This document shows, one piece after another, positions 1 through 9,876 of a stretch of DNA of 64,000 nucleotides. Below the pieces are notes generated by a model, which saw only the letters and a program-made list of their open reading frames with translations, did not search any database and was not told the DNA's origin. Both the position numbers and the translations under genes were made by a program. This DNA is from Acidobacteriota bacterium (GTDB taxonomy: Bacteria; Acidobacteriota; CAIWXX01). The stretch lies in the NCBI GenBank assembly GCA_040755995.1, contig JBFMAF010000003.1, positions 64,001 to 128,000 of the forward strand. Reading direction: 5' to 3'. Every line of letters begins with the position of its first letter. Position 1 is the first letter of the stretch.

Positions 1-1
1 G

Positions 2-926
2 AAGCAATGGCCACTATCCATATTCTTACTGAAGGAGGAGCTGACCGATGTCGACGCTGCGGTGCGATCGGCTCGGGACATCCACCGGATACCTATCGGA
101 CGAGGGCGGGGAACCGTCGGCCCCTTGTTCTACCGGTCGACGCCATTGCGGCCTCCGCGGTGGGCCGCGTTTTTCGGGAGCTATCTCGACGCAAAAGACA
201 TACTGTGCGCCGGCGTCGCAGCTGCGCTGATTGTGCGCGCCGATGACAGGCTGTTCGCCGTGACATTCGGTACCGGTAGACACCTCCCGACTCCAGGGAC
301 ATTCCAGGAGGGGTTCGGGCTTCGTGTAACCCTCAACTCCGTCAGCCCTGAGAGCATTCGTATGATTGCCCGAAAGACACTTGATGCAACTGGATGTCGT
401 TCGAGGGAGCAGGCCAGTCGAAACATCCCTATCATCGAATTCGGTGTGGGCATCGGCGAGGAAGTACTCTGTGGCGTCATCGAGACCCCCCGAGGACAGC
501 ACCCTCGGGATTCGCATCGCTGGCGCGGACGCCCTCTCCGTCAGCGTAGAAATGGATCTCGAGGATCTTCGATCACTGCTTGAAGCGTACTTGGTGCAAT
601 CCAAGACGCCCACCTACAGGGAGAGATTCCCTCGGGTGGACAATATCCGCGAGGTTGGCGATCCCCGGATCTCTCAGGAGCTCGATGCACAGCTGGAGAC
701 GAGAATTGGGAGCCGAGTCCTGGAGTGTGTCTGGATGGCTGTGCCGGAGCTGGGCGATTCGCACGACGTCGCAGATTGGACAACAGACCACGTTGTGCCG
801 TGTGGACCGTGGGCGCTATACTCCTGTGAACGCGCCCTGATCTGGAGGAGGTGGAGATGCGCTGGGATCTGGCCCCGCACATGCTGTCCGTCCCTCCCGC
901 TGTCGATTCACCTAGCATTCGTATGA
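2..926 (+). pseudogene. DUF6119/TIGR04141-like protein, 5'-partial, frameshifted and truncated
   Basis: Frame 2 is open from the window edge (LSIFLLKEE...RLFAVTFGTGRH...FGLRVTLNSV...SREQASRN) and continues in frame 3 (LGIRIAGADALSV...FPRVDNIREV...VWMAVPE). The switch is at a C6 run (486-491). Similarity fades near 790. Confidence 0.7.
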
Positions 927-935
927 GAGGGTACC

Positions 936-3134
936 ATGCCAATGCGATCAAGCCTCGTTATAGCTCACATCTCTGACCTGCACTATCCTCTCTGGGAGGA
1001 TGACGCCTGGCAGGATCTGAGAACCTACATCTCCTCGAAGAAGCCCGATTTGATAGTCGCCACTGGAGACCTAACAGACCATCCTTGGTCTCGGAAAGGA
1101 ACAAGAGACAAGTTGCTTGAGCTTGTGCGAGACTGTCAGCGGGTCAGAAACAATTCCGAAAGCCCCGCAGGAAAGGTGGTGCTGAGCGTAGTGCCCGGAA
1201 ATCATGACTACCGAATCTCTGGCATTCTCCCTTCGGCGTTTGGCAGAAGGCTCTTTGCCCGGGTTTTCAGCGAGCACTTCGGACGGTTCCTGGAACTGGA
1301 GGCGGGGGATTGCTTGGTCTATCTGTTCAGCTTCGACTCGAACCACTTGATGGCCGGCTGGGCGAAAGGCAGAGTCAGCGCCCGTCAGCTTAAGGGATTC
1401 GCTCGCACGATCAACAACCTGCGAACTGACGGGGAGAAATACAAGCGCGCGTATAAGATCGCGGTGCTACATCACCATCCGTTGCCGATTCTCCATGCGG
1501 GGCTGCTGGAGTCGTTCCTCGTTCTCATCAATGCGGGAGAGTTCCTTCGTCATATGGCTCAAGCTGGGGTGGATCTCATCTTGCACGGACACAGGCACCG
1601 CCGAGTTGTGTCGTTTCTGAATCTCGGATCAACGTCGGGTCTGAGGAGAAAGCTCTCTGTTGTAGCCAGTGGGACCACACTGATGAGGGGTGGCGGCGGG
1701 AGGGGCAATTCATGTAACGTGATCACTGTTCATGGTGACCATCTGGCTGTAGTCACCGAGGCTCTGAGGACGGGTGGAGCGGCTTTTGCTGAAGCCGATC
1801 CCGTCTTCTTGCCGCCATGGGAGGAGTACGTTGTGGATCGGTACCAGGACCTAGTTCGGTCACGGGGATACCGAATCGAAGCCATTAGCAAGTCCATCGT
1901 TATCGATGAGCAGGGATACGCTCGGGTAGAACTGAAGCTGGATCGAGTGGTGGTGGCGGACAGGATGGTGTTCAAGGGCGTCGAGCCATTGGAAGTGGAG
2001 GTAGAAAGGGGACGCATAGAGCATCTGGAGCTTACCGGATCACCGCACGCACCGAGCTTCCCGGTGCGAGGCGGCTCTCGGCATAAGACTATCGAGATAC
2101 CCCCGTCGGAACTCCTCAGAGGCAGTCCGCTGTCCTTGGCCGTTTCCTATTGGCATTTCAATTCTTGGGCTCTGGACACTGAACAGTTCAGAAGAAAATA
2201 CCCCCAGCGAAAGGAAGCTCGCGAGGAGTCCTGCTTTGAATGCATCCGACCGGTAAGAGTCTTCCATCAGATCATTGGCTTACCCAGAAACTGCAAGCTT
2301 GGCGAGCCTCCCGAGCTCATTGTCTACCGCATGATCAACGATGGAAAGAAGCCATTTCCGGAAGAGGACAGGCATCTCACAGAACACTTTTCATCATCAC
2401 TTCAGTTCTTTGAACGCGAGAATACCATCTCCTTGACGCTGAACCATCCCTTGCCGGGGTTCCGCTATGCCGTACGGTGGTGGCTGCCCAAGCCGTATGC
2501 GAGACAAGTCAGCCACGTGTACTCGGCCGAACAAGAACGCATGATTCAAGAGCTTCGAAAGGAAGCCAGCCACAGAAGACTCAACGAGTTGATGCGCAGA
2601 ATCGAGCGGGCAGCCAAAGATCAGTTGGGTATAGGGGATGCGGAGGAGATTGATGTCTCGTTTTCGATACCGGTCTACGAACCGGACAAGCCGGCTGCAA
2701 TGAAGTTCATTGCTTCAAATGACGCTAATCTTGCCATTTTGAGTTTGGAACTGGAGGTTGGCGACGGCGCGGCGGGGGCGGCTTATGAGGAGAATCGCAT
2801 CGTGTCCTTTGTTCGAAGAACCATCGACCCGCGTGATCCTAAGAACAACATCTACGTCGAGTTCGGGACGTATCAGCACCAGGCGCTATACGCAGTGCCA
2901 GTCCGGCATCCACTCGATAGAGAGCTGGTCATAGGAGTTCTGTCAGTGGGTTCGCAGCAGGTCAACTCCAAGTTGATTCCTGATAGCAAGGAGAAGCGTG
3001 AAATGATCGGAAACACAATCCAGGGGATCGCCTGTGAGCTCATGATCGGCGCGCTTTGCGCGCTTTATCCTGGCATTCTCACCGTGCACCCTCCCACCGG
3101 GGCGATCCCGGCATCGGCATCCCAGCCAGCTTGA
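936..3134 (+). CDS. Calcineurin-like metallophosphoesterase fused to an unknown central domain and a C-terminal GAF-like domain
   Basis: SDLH, TGDLT, VPGNHD, HHHP and LHGHRH motifs. C-terminal GDGAAGAAY...YAVPV...VIGVLSVGS pattern is GAF-like. Confidence 0.85.
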   Translation: MPMRSSLVIAHISDLHYPLWEDDAWQDLRTYISSKKPDLIVATGDLTDHPWSRKGTRDKLLELVRDCQRVRNNSESPAGKVVLSVVPGNHDYRISGILPSAFGRRLFARVFSEHFGRFLELEAGDCLVYLFSFDSNHLMAGWAKGRVSARQLKGFARTINNLRTDGEKYKRAYKIAVLHHHPLPILHAGLLESFLVLINAGEFLRHMAQAGVDLILHGHRHRRVVSFLNLGSTSGLRRKLSVVASGTTLMRGGGGRGNSCNVITVHGDHLAVVTEALRTGGAAFAEADPVFLPPWEEYVVDRYQDLVRSRGYRIEAISKSIVIDEQGYARVELKLDRVVVADRMVFKGVEPLEVEVERGRIEHLELTGSPHAPSFPVRGGSRHKTIEIPPSELLRGSPLSLAVSYWHFNSWALDTEQFRRKYPQRKEAREESCFECIRPVRVFHQIIGLPRNCKLGEPPELIVYRMINDGKKPFPEEDRHLTEHFSSSLQFFERENTISLTLNHPLPGFRYAVRWWLPKPYARQVSHVYSAEQERMIQELRKEASHRRLNELMRRIERAAKDQLGIGDAEEIDVSFSIPVYEPDKPAAMKFIASNDANLAILSLELEVGDGAAGAAYEENRIVSFVRRTIDPRDPKNNIYVEFGTYQHQALYAVPVRHPLDRELVIGVLSVGSQQVNSKLIPDSKEKREMIGNTIQGIACELMIGALCALYPGILTVHPPTGAIPASASQPA

Positions 3135-3159
3135 CAGCGACTTGCATGGGTGATAGCAT
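3131..3159 (+). promoter_or_regulatory. sigma70-type promoter for the small ORF at 3178
   Basis: TTGACA (3131-3136), 17-bp spacer, TAGCAT (3154-3159). Confidence 0.6.
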
Positions 3160-3177
3160 AAGATGAGGAGATTCTCA

Positions 3178-3327
3178 ATGATTGTTGACTCACGGGATGA
3201 CGGAGGCGGACACGTCAGCTACGATTTTACGATAGAAGCCCCTGAAGAGACCATCGAAGACAGCAGTCTTTATAAGCAGGGATTGGACATAGGCAAGGAC
3301 ATCCGCAGCGAAGTGCCCGAAGAATAG
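3178..3327 (+). CDS. 49-aa acidic small protein (below the ORF-track cutoff)
   Basis: GAGGAG RBS at 3165-3170, ATG at 3178; translates as MIVDSRDDGGGHVSYDFTIEAPEETIEDSSLYKQGLDIGKDIRSEVPEE*. Confidence 0.6.
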   Translation: MIVDSRDDGGGHVSYDFTIEAPEETIEDSSLYKQGLDIGKDIRSEVPEE

Positions 3328-3443
3328 GCGGCAGCCAAGCCCGGCAAGCGGACTACGCCTCACCCATCCAGAAGTGAGAACGGGCGGATTGCCCGTTTCT
3401 GACGAGATTCGAGCGGACCACGCACTGGTCCATTCCACGGTCG

Positions 3444-3899
3444 TCACGGGCGCGACTTGCCTCCTGGCCGCTGACGCGATGCGCGAGACCGTGCCAGAGC
3501 GCCCCTGATTCGTCGAACGCAGCGCGACTCGTTCCTGTGCGTGAGTTCGTGCTGCCATATGCGAACGACACGCCATCCCGCCTTCCGCAGCGCACGCGTC
3601 ACGCGCCGGTCCCGGGCTTTGTTGGCCGCCAGCTTCCTCTGCCAGAAGGCGCGATTCGAGTCTGGCAGATGCGAGTGCTCTGGGCAGCAGTGCCAGAAGC
3701 ACCCGTCCACGAATACAGCCACATTACTCCCGGGGAAGACGAAATCGGGTCTGCCGTATAGCGGCCAGCGTCGTCGCCACCCGGAAATCTTGTGGTGTCG
3801 GAACAACCCGATCAATGCGAGTTCGGTCTTCTTGTTGCACCCTCCACGAACGTGGGACATGATCAACGCACGCTTGGCCTTGCTGTAGATGTCTGCCAC
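3444..3899 (-). CDS. vsr: Very short patch repair endonuclease
   Basis: MADIYSKAKR..IMS, GRPDFVF, VFVDGCFWH and GWRVVRIWQHE motifs; adjacent to a C5 methyltransferase. Confidence 0.95.
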   Translation of the reverse strand: MADIYSKAKRALIMSHVRGGCNKKTELALIGLFRHHKISGWRRRWPLYGRPDFVFPGSNVAVFVDGCFWHCCPEHSHLPDSNRAFWQRKLAANKARDRRVTRALRKAGWRVVRIWQHELTHRNESRCVRRIRGALARSRASRQRPGGKSRP

Positions 3900-3913
3900 T
3901 TTCCGTCGACAGT

Positions 3914-4990
3914 CTACGGGGCGAAACTGTGATCCTCTTGGAGCCGTGCTTCCCGGGCTCCGACCCCAGCCAGACGCAGGATTTGCTCTCCGATGGCTTC
4001 GCCTAATTTCACGGGGACCGCATTTCCGATCTGGGCTGCCAACGCTCCCATCGAGGGCCCGTAGAAGATGAAGTCATCCTCGAAAGATTGCAGCCGCGCC
4101 GCCTCCCTTACTGAGATGGCACGGTCCTGTTCAGGGTGTCCATACCTTCCGTTGGAAAGACTGACGCAACGGCATGTGAGCGCAGGCGCTGGCGCGTCCC
4201 AGCGCATCCGGCCGTATACGTCCGTATGACCGTCGTAGTTCTCCGAGTGACAGGGCAAAGCGAGGGAGCGCGGCCAATGCAATCGTCCACCGCCATCCTG
4301 GGGGGTCGCGCGGAGTCGACGGAGGTTGAGATCCGAGAGTCCGGCCGCTCGATGATTGGGAACGGTTGGGTCGGTCGAGCCGGCCTGGATTCTCGGATAG
4401 CCATAGATGGCCTCCCTGACAGTGCAATACGGCAGCCCCCCGGGCCCGTGCGTTCGCGGAGGCAGCGCAGCTTGCACTCCCAGCGCGGCAAGAACCAGCC
4501 AGCGGCAGCGCGTCTGCGGCACGCCGAAGAACTTGGAATCAGATCGACCCTCGGCCACTGAGTAGCCAAGCGACTCGAGGCGGCTCAGTAAGCGCCGGTA
4601 GGTGCTGTTTCCCGGCACCCTCACAATACCGGGTACGTTCTCCACTACCACGAACCGCGGCCTGAACTCGGCGACAAGCGCCGAAAAGGCACCGAGAAGG
4701 GTCCGATCCCGCCTGTCGCCGACCACGCGTCTTTGTTTGCTGAAGGGCTGGCACGGAGCACACGCCGCGAACACCAGCAGGTCGGGCGGGATGCCGTCGA
4801 CGAGCGCCGCGACATCCTGGCGTGTCATCTCCCGGAGATCGCACGCAACGAATCTTGCCGGAGCGTTGTTTTCCTCGTACGTCCGACGACACCCTTCGTC
4901 CACATCTATGCCTGCCACGACCTTGATTCCCACGTTGAGGAATCCTCGTGTCAGCCCGCCTGCGCCGCAAAAAAAGTCCAGAGCGAACAT
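3914..4990 (-). CDS. DNA (cytosine-5)-methyltransferase
   Basis: DFFCGAGG (motif I), APCQPFS (IV), ENVPG (VI), GVPQTR (VIII), REAARLQSF and QIGNAVP (X). ATG at 4990. Confidence 0.95.
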   Translation of the reverse strand: MFALDFFCGAGGLTRGFLNVGIKVVAGIDVDEGCRRTYEENNAPARFVACDLREMTRQDVAALVDGIPPDLLVFAACAPCQPFSKQRRVVGDRRDRTLLGAFSALVAEFRPRFVVVENVPGIVRVPGNSTYRRLLSRLESLGYSVAEGRSDSKFFGVPQTRCRWLVLAALGVQAALPPRTHGPGGLPYCTVREAIYGYPRIQAGSTDPTVPNHRAAGLSDLNLRRLRATPQDGGGRLHWPRSLALPCHSENYDGHTDVYGRMRWDAPAPALTCRCVSLSNGRYGHPEQDRAISVREAARLQSFEDDFIFYGPSMGALAAQIGNAVPVKLGEAIGEQILRLAGVGAREARLQEDHSFAP

Positions 4991-4998
4991 GAGCCGAG

Positions 4999-6114
4999 TC
5001 AGGCGCCCTTGCCCGCCTTGATCGTCCGAATGATCTTCTCTGTGAAGTCGGCTGCGTTGGTCACGGGCATTGCCGGCCTTCCGCACACTTGTACGTAGGC
5101 CCATGCGAGCTGTTCGCGGAATGGGCTGTCAATGGAGCAGACTCGTACGAAGTCGCGCCCGGCATCCCCGTCTGTTAGGTCGATGGCAGTCAACGGAACC
5201 AGATGAAGATCTTTCAGATCGACCGCCATCAGCGGGATGTGATCCGGGAGGCCCGGGAGGATTCTCACGCCTTCTTGTTGGTCGCGTGTGACCTCCTTCG
5301 GTAGCCTCTCTCGCAACTTCTTCTCAGCCGTCGTGGCGTCAAGACCCACCTTCTTGAGCCACTTCGAGACACGATCGCAGCGGGCAACCAGGGCCTTCTC
5401 GACCGCGCCCTGGCTCACAACCAGGTCGCAGGAAGGCGAAAGAACTACACGAAAGGCGCTTGGCTCGTCCGGGTCTCCCCTCGTTTCCCGCAGTATGTCT
5501 CCAGTCAACAGGTCCGAACTCAGAGGGGGATAGATGTACTGCTCCCAGGCTTGCATCCGCGTGCCCCCGTAGGTCGGCGAGTCAAACGAAGCCGCCAGCC
5601 GCCTGCGAGTGAGACGAACGAGAATATCGCGCCGGTCATTCTCATTCGCCGCCTCCTTCCATACCAGGAGGCTGACATGCCGGAGTGATTCGGCTGCCTT
5701 CATGGCGACTTCATCATTGAATGCACGAAGACTGTCGACATGGGTGCGGTATGATGCCAGCTTGTCAACCACTCGCTCCTGGCTGTCCGCTGTCTTGGGC
5801 TGGAAGCACACGAACGGATGCTGTTGTTTCCCCTCCAGGAACGTAGGCATGTCGCGGGCGCTGTGAACGACGACGGGGCAGAAGTGGACGTCCCAAATGT
5901 GCTCCCAGGTGGCCCCCGCACTTGCCGTCGATCCTGTTTGGTCCTCGAAGACGTCCATGATCACAGCATCGGGTCGCAGCGACTCCACAGTGGTCCTGGC
6001 TTTCTCGAAGCCCGTCCCCTCCACCTTGACGTCGTCCAAACGTGTTTCAAGAACCGACCTCAGACTGTCGATCATGGTGGGGTCGTCCTCGATGATGAGA
6101 ACAGTGAACCTCAT
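4999..6114 (-). CDS. Response regulator receiver protein with a non-HTH C-terminal domain
   Basis: LIIEDD and VIMDV receiver motifs; C-terminal LLTGDIL...VLSPSCDL domain; directly downstream of the kinase. Confidence 0.8.
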   Translation of the reverse strand: MRFTVLIIEDDPTMIDSLRSVLETRLDDVKVEGTGFEKARTTVESLRPDAVIMDVFEDQTGSTASAGATWEHIWDVHFCPVVVHSARDMPTFLEGKQQHPFVCFQPKTADSQERVVDKLASYRTHVDSLRAFNDEVAMKAAESLRHVSLLVWKEAANENDRRDILVRLTRRRLAASFDSPTYGGTRMQAWEQYIYPPLSSDLLTGDILRETRGDPDEPSAFRVVLSPSCDLVVSQGAVEKALVARCDRVSKWLKKVGLDATTAEKKLRERLPKEVTRDQQEGVRILPGLPDHIPLMAVDLKDLHLVPLTAIDLTDGDAGRDFVRVCSIDSPFREQLAWAYVQVCGRPAMPVTNAADFTEKIIRTIKAGKGA

Positions 6115-6123
6115 GTCAGTTGG

Positions 6124-8292
6124 TCACCTCGAAGCAATGGGCAGGTCGAACCTGAACGTTGCTCCGCCCAGCTTCCCGGGGCTCTTCACGCCCATCTTTC
6201 CCCCATGACCGAGGATTACTTCCGAGGCTATCGTGAGCCCCATCCCAAAGCCATTGGGGCGTCTCGTGACTCCCGGTAGGAAGATGCGAGTCTGGTCTTC
6301 CCGATCAACGCCCGGCCCCGAATCGTGTAGGAGGCACAGTATCCGCCCCGCCTCCCCTGTCGGCCGGGTTTCGAGAAGAATCCTTCGGGTCCCGTCCTTG
6401 GTGCGTCCCAGCCAGTACAACGTATTGTCGAGCAGGTTGTACAGCACAGTCCACAACTCACCGGGGTCGATCCTGAGCGAGTCAACACCCCTTAGGCTCG
6501 TATCGCACCTGACGCCCAGTTGGCGCAGTTCACCGCCCTTCGCTTCGAGGCATGCAGTCCATATCTCCCGTACAGACGCCTCGCGTTTGCCTCGCGCGAA
6601 GGTGCGACTCGCCAGAGGTCGGAACAACTCTGCCAAGCGACCCAGCGCCTGTACTGCTCGCTCGGCAAGCTCGGTGTGCTTCTGCAAGAGTGTAACATCG
6701 CGATTCGAACCCACGAAGAAGTCACGAACAAGCCGCAGGAACGCCCCGATGATGCTTACATTGTGCCCCACTTCGTGAACGAGTTTCTGAGCGATCGTCC
6801 CGATGCTAGCCAACCGGCTGTAGTAGCTGAACGTGGTCTGCAACTCCTTTTGGATCCGTTCTACCTTGCCGCCATAGTCCGCCAACAAGGGCACCATCTC
6901 GGAGGCAGACCCACCCTCTGCCACGACCTCCCGCGCCTGGGCGAGCAGTGGCTCCGGTGAGAGCTCGCGAAACATGTCGTGCATCGGCTTCTCCTCGGTT
7001 ACCTTGTCCTGGGCCCGTTCGGCCTCAAGGACACTGACCGTGTAGAGCAGCACATGTCGGAATTCCTTCGCCTCGGGTGTGTCAACGAGCCTCTCCCGAT
7101 CGCTCGTGTCCTCGATCTTCGTGTTCACCTCAGCCGAAATCGCAACATAGCCGACTATCTGGCTGGTACTTAGGCGACGCCCAACCAGGCTGACACGCCG
7201 AAGATCAAGGCCGAGCCAGTCCCGGTTCGTCTCGGACTTCGGCAGAACCAGGACCCCATCGCGATACAGAGAGAGACCTTTGAAGGACCGGATCTGACTC
7301 CTGAGATCCGAACGCGAAATGGAGAAGAGCTGTTCAGCCTCTTCGATGCTTTCCTTCTCAAAGTCCCAAGCGCGGACCTCGAAATCGAACGGCCCACACG
7401 TGGGCCTCAGCTCGTCTGCCACCTTGAAGTCGTAGTACCGCTCCAGGTCCGTCCGGATTTCGCGCCACGAGTAAGAGTTCCTCTGACGTGATCTGCCGCG
7501 TCCGTGGTATGGACGGAAAACATACTTGTACGACAGCTTTCCATCCGCCCCGAACTCACCCGTCAGGCGGTAGACCGGCTTGTCCAAGAACTCCGAGGTC
7601 TTGACCTCCATCGGGACCGCTAGCGAGCCGGGAGCCGTGAGGTAGATGGTGAAATCCAGCAGCTTGGAGAACGGTGATACCAAGCGGGAAAGCCCTTCAC
7701 GTAGCTCCTCCACTCGTTCGGGCGTCCACGAGGACTTCAGAAAGATGCGCAGTCTGGTTCCCGATTCGTGGGAGAGGTCCTCAGGTGGGTGTGCAGCACG
7801 GCGTGCAGAACACACGTTGATGTCTTGTGCGTTCGCGAGGTCATCCCATGACACATCCACCTTCCAGCACTGCCCGCCGGCGGTCTTCGTGACAAGTTCC
7901 AGCCGTGTCCCGAGTCTGGCGACCGACAGACGTCCCAGTCCCTTTGCGCCGGTCACGCGTCGCAGTGCATCTCCGCGCCTGGAGTGCTTCGCTGTCAGCC
8001 GGAATGGGGTTGCGACCGTGCACCATACCTCGTCTATGGTCTTGTCGTCCATGCCGTGGCCATTGTCTTCAACTTCGAGCACCGGCCGGCCAGTTTCGTC
8101 CTGGGTGAAGCGCACGTCAACTCTACGCGCGAAAGCGTCGTAAGAGTTCTTCACCTGTTCGATCACGGCAACGACATCGCTTGTGACGAGGTCGGCGCCC
8201 AGAGCAGCGAAGACACGCGGATGCAACTTGAATGGAACGTGAATCCCGGCTGGGCGTTCGCTCTCAGACTTGCTCTGAGATGCCATCTTCAT
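6124..8292 (-). CDS. GHKL (MORC/MutL-like) ATPase fused to a histidine kinase
   Basis: N-terminal EQVKNSYDA, DNGHGM, GAKGLGRLS; C-terminal HEVGH, NLLDN, DSGPG, GFGMGL. No TM segment. Start at 8292 or 8286. Confidence 0.9.
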   Translation of the reverse strand: MKMASQSKSESERPAGIHVPFKLHPRVFAALGADLVTSDVVAVIEQVKNSYDAFARRVDVRFTQDETGRPVLEVEDNGHGMDDKTIDEVWCTVATPFRLTAKHSRRGDALRRVTGAKGLGRLSVARLGTRLELVTKTAGGQCWKVDVSWDDLANAQDINVCSARRAAHPPEDLSHESGTRLRIFLKSSWTPERVEELREGLSRLVSPFSKLLDFTIYLTAPGSLAVPMEVKTSEFLDKPVYRLTGEFGADGKLSYKYVFRPYHGRGRSRQRNSYSWREIRTDLERYYDFKVADELRPTCGPFDFEVRAWDFEKESIEEAEQLFSISRSDLRSQIRSFKGLSLYRDGVLVLPKSETNRDWLGLDLRRVSLVGRRLSTSQIVGYVAISAEVNTKIEDTSDRERLVDTPEAKEFRHVLLYTVSVLEAERAQDKVTEEKPMHDMFRELSPEPLLAQAREVVAEGGSASEMVPLLADYGGKVERIQKELQTTFSYYSRLASIGTIAQKLVHEVGHNVSIIGAFLRLVRDFFVGSNRDVTLLQKHTELAERAVQALGRLAELFRPLASRTFARGKREASVREIWTACLEAKGGELRQLGVRCDTSLRGVDSLRIDPGELWTVLYNLLDNTLYWLGRTKDGTRRILLETRPTGEAGRILCLLHDSGPGVDREDQTRIFLPGVTRRPNGFGMGLTIASEVILGHGGKMGVKSPGKLGGATFRFDLPIASR

Positions 8293-8362
8293 GGGCGTCC
8301 TACGTTCGACCGGAACTAGCATCAAGAGTATCACGGAGTCCGATGTAGCGACAAGTGTGTCT

Positions 8363-8386
8363 CGTGGATGCGTGGATGCGTGGATG
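8363..8386. repeat. Octamer tandem repeat (CGTGGATG)x3
   Basis: Read directly in the intergenic gap upstream of the kinase operon. Confidence 0.8.
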
Positions 8387-8407
8387 GTCTATTCCTCTCA
8401 TCGAGAG

Positions 8408-9109
8408 TCAGAGAAAAAGCTCCTTCAGTTTCGCATCATCGCGCTTCAGATCATCTGGCGATCCATCGAAGGCCATCTTGCCGAGCTTCATCGAATACAC
8501 CCGGTTGCAGATTCCCAAGACTTGGCGGACTTTCTGCTCAACGACTAGAGTGGTGACTCCGCTCCCGCGGTTGATCTCTGCGATTGTCGCAAAAACGGTT
8601 CTGACAAGATCGGGCGACAGGCCGAGGGATGGTTCGTCAAGCATCAGCAGCTTCGGCTCAGGAACGAGAGCGCGCGACAACGCCAGCATCTGTTGCTGGC
8701 CGCTAGAGAGCCTGCCGGCGTCCTGGTTGATGCGCTCTTTGAGTGTCGGGAAAAGGTCCAACACGTACGCGATGCGTTCTCTGGCTGTCTTTCGTTGAAG
8801 CTGGTACCCCGCGATTTCGAGGTTCTCCATCACCGTTAGGTCGTGGAAGACGCGGCTTCCTTGGGGTGCGTAGACAATCCCGCGAGAGACGTTGTGCGCG
8901 GGCGTAGCACCTGCGGTCGACGACCCGCAAAAACGTATCTCGCCCTTCCATGGCGGAACCAAGCCGCACACGGCTTTCAGCACGGTGGACTTACCCGCCC
9001 CGTTGGGCCCTATGAGCGCTACGACCTCACCCTGACGGACCTCCAAGGACAGACCGAAAAGTACCTGCTTCTTGCCATATCCGGTCTCCAGCCTCCCGAT
9101 TTCCAACAT
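8408..9109 (-). CDS. livF: Branched-chain amino acid-type ABC transporter ATPase
   Basis: GPNGAGKS, LSSGQQQM and MLDEPSLGL motifs. Confidence 0.9.
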   Translation of the reverse strand: MLEIGRLETGYGKKQVLFGLSLEVRQGEVVALIGPNGAGKSTVLKAVCGLVPPWKGEIRFCGSSTAGATPAHNVSRGIVYAPQGSRVFHDLTVMENLEIAGYQLQRKTARERIAYVLDLFPTLKERINQDAGRLSSGQQQMLALSRALVPEPKLLMLDEPSLGLSPDLVRTVFATIAEINRGSGVTTLVVEQKVRQVLGICNRVYSMKLGKMAFDGSPDDLKRDDAKLKELFL

Positions 9110-9117
9110 CTGGATGC

Positions 9118-9876
9118 TCAGTCTATGTATGCTTCGATGACCCTAGGGTCGTTCCTGACCTCGTCGGGTGGACCCTCGCCTACCATGACGCCCGCGTCCA
9201 TGAAAATAGCCCGGTCGCACACCGTCATCACCGCATCGAGGTTGTGTTCGATGAGGATCACTGACTTGCCTCTCGACGGCAACCCACGGATTGTCGCCAG
9301 GATTCTCTCGGTCATTTCCGGCGCTATCCCAGCGACGGGCTCATCAAGAAGCAGCACCTCGGATCTGGCTGCCAAGCAGCATACAAGGCTCAGGATTTTC
9401 TGCTGTCCATAGGACAGCTCCACTGCCGGGTCACGTGCTTTGTGCGCCAAGCCTGCCTCCTCTAAGAGAGCCAGGGCCTGTTTCCGATGTTCATTCTCTC
9501 GTCCCCGAATGCGCCACCAGTTGAAGAATATGTTCCTCAGCTTCTCACCTGGCTGGTTTTGAAAACACAGTAATACGTTGTCTAGCACGCTAACCTGACG
9601 GATGAGACGAGGATTCTGGAAGGTCCGGCTGATCCCCTGGTTCGTGATGCGGTAGGGTGGAGCACCCGTGATGTCTTTGCCCTTGAAAAGAATCGTTCCG
9701 CGGTCGGGTGCTATGAATCCGGTCACGAGGTTGAAAAAGGTGGTCTTCCCGGCTCCGTTGGGGCCTATGAGTCCCAGTATTTCTCCATGCCGAAGAGAAC
9801 AGGAAAAGCTTGAAAGCGCCTTGACGCCATCGAAACGCTTGTCCACTGCTTGGACATCCAGCACCACTGCGTTCAT
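9118..9876 (-). CDS. livG: Branched-chain amino acid-type ABC transporter ATPase
   Basis: GPNGAGKTT, RTFQ, LSYGQQK, LLDEP and VIEAY motifs; TGATG overlap with the upstream permease. Confidence 0.9.
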   Translation of the reverse strand: MNAVVLDVQAVDKRFDGVKALSSFSCSLRHGEILGLIGPNGAGKTTFFNLVTGFIAPDRGTILFKGKDITGAPPYRITNQGISRTFQNPRLIRQVSVLDNVLLCFQNQPGEKLRNIFFNWWRIRGRENEHRKQALALLEEAGLAHKARDPAVELSYGQQKILSLVCCLAARSEVLLLDEPVAGIAPEMTERILATIRGLPSRGKSVILIEHNLDAVMTVCDRAIFMDAGVMVGEGPPDEVRNDPRVIEAYID

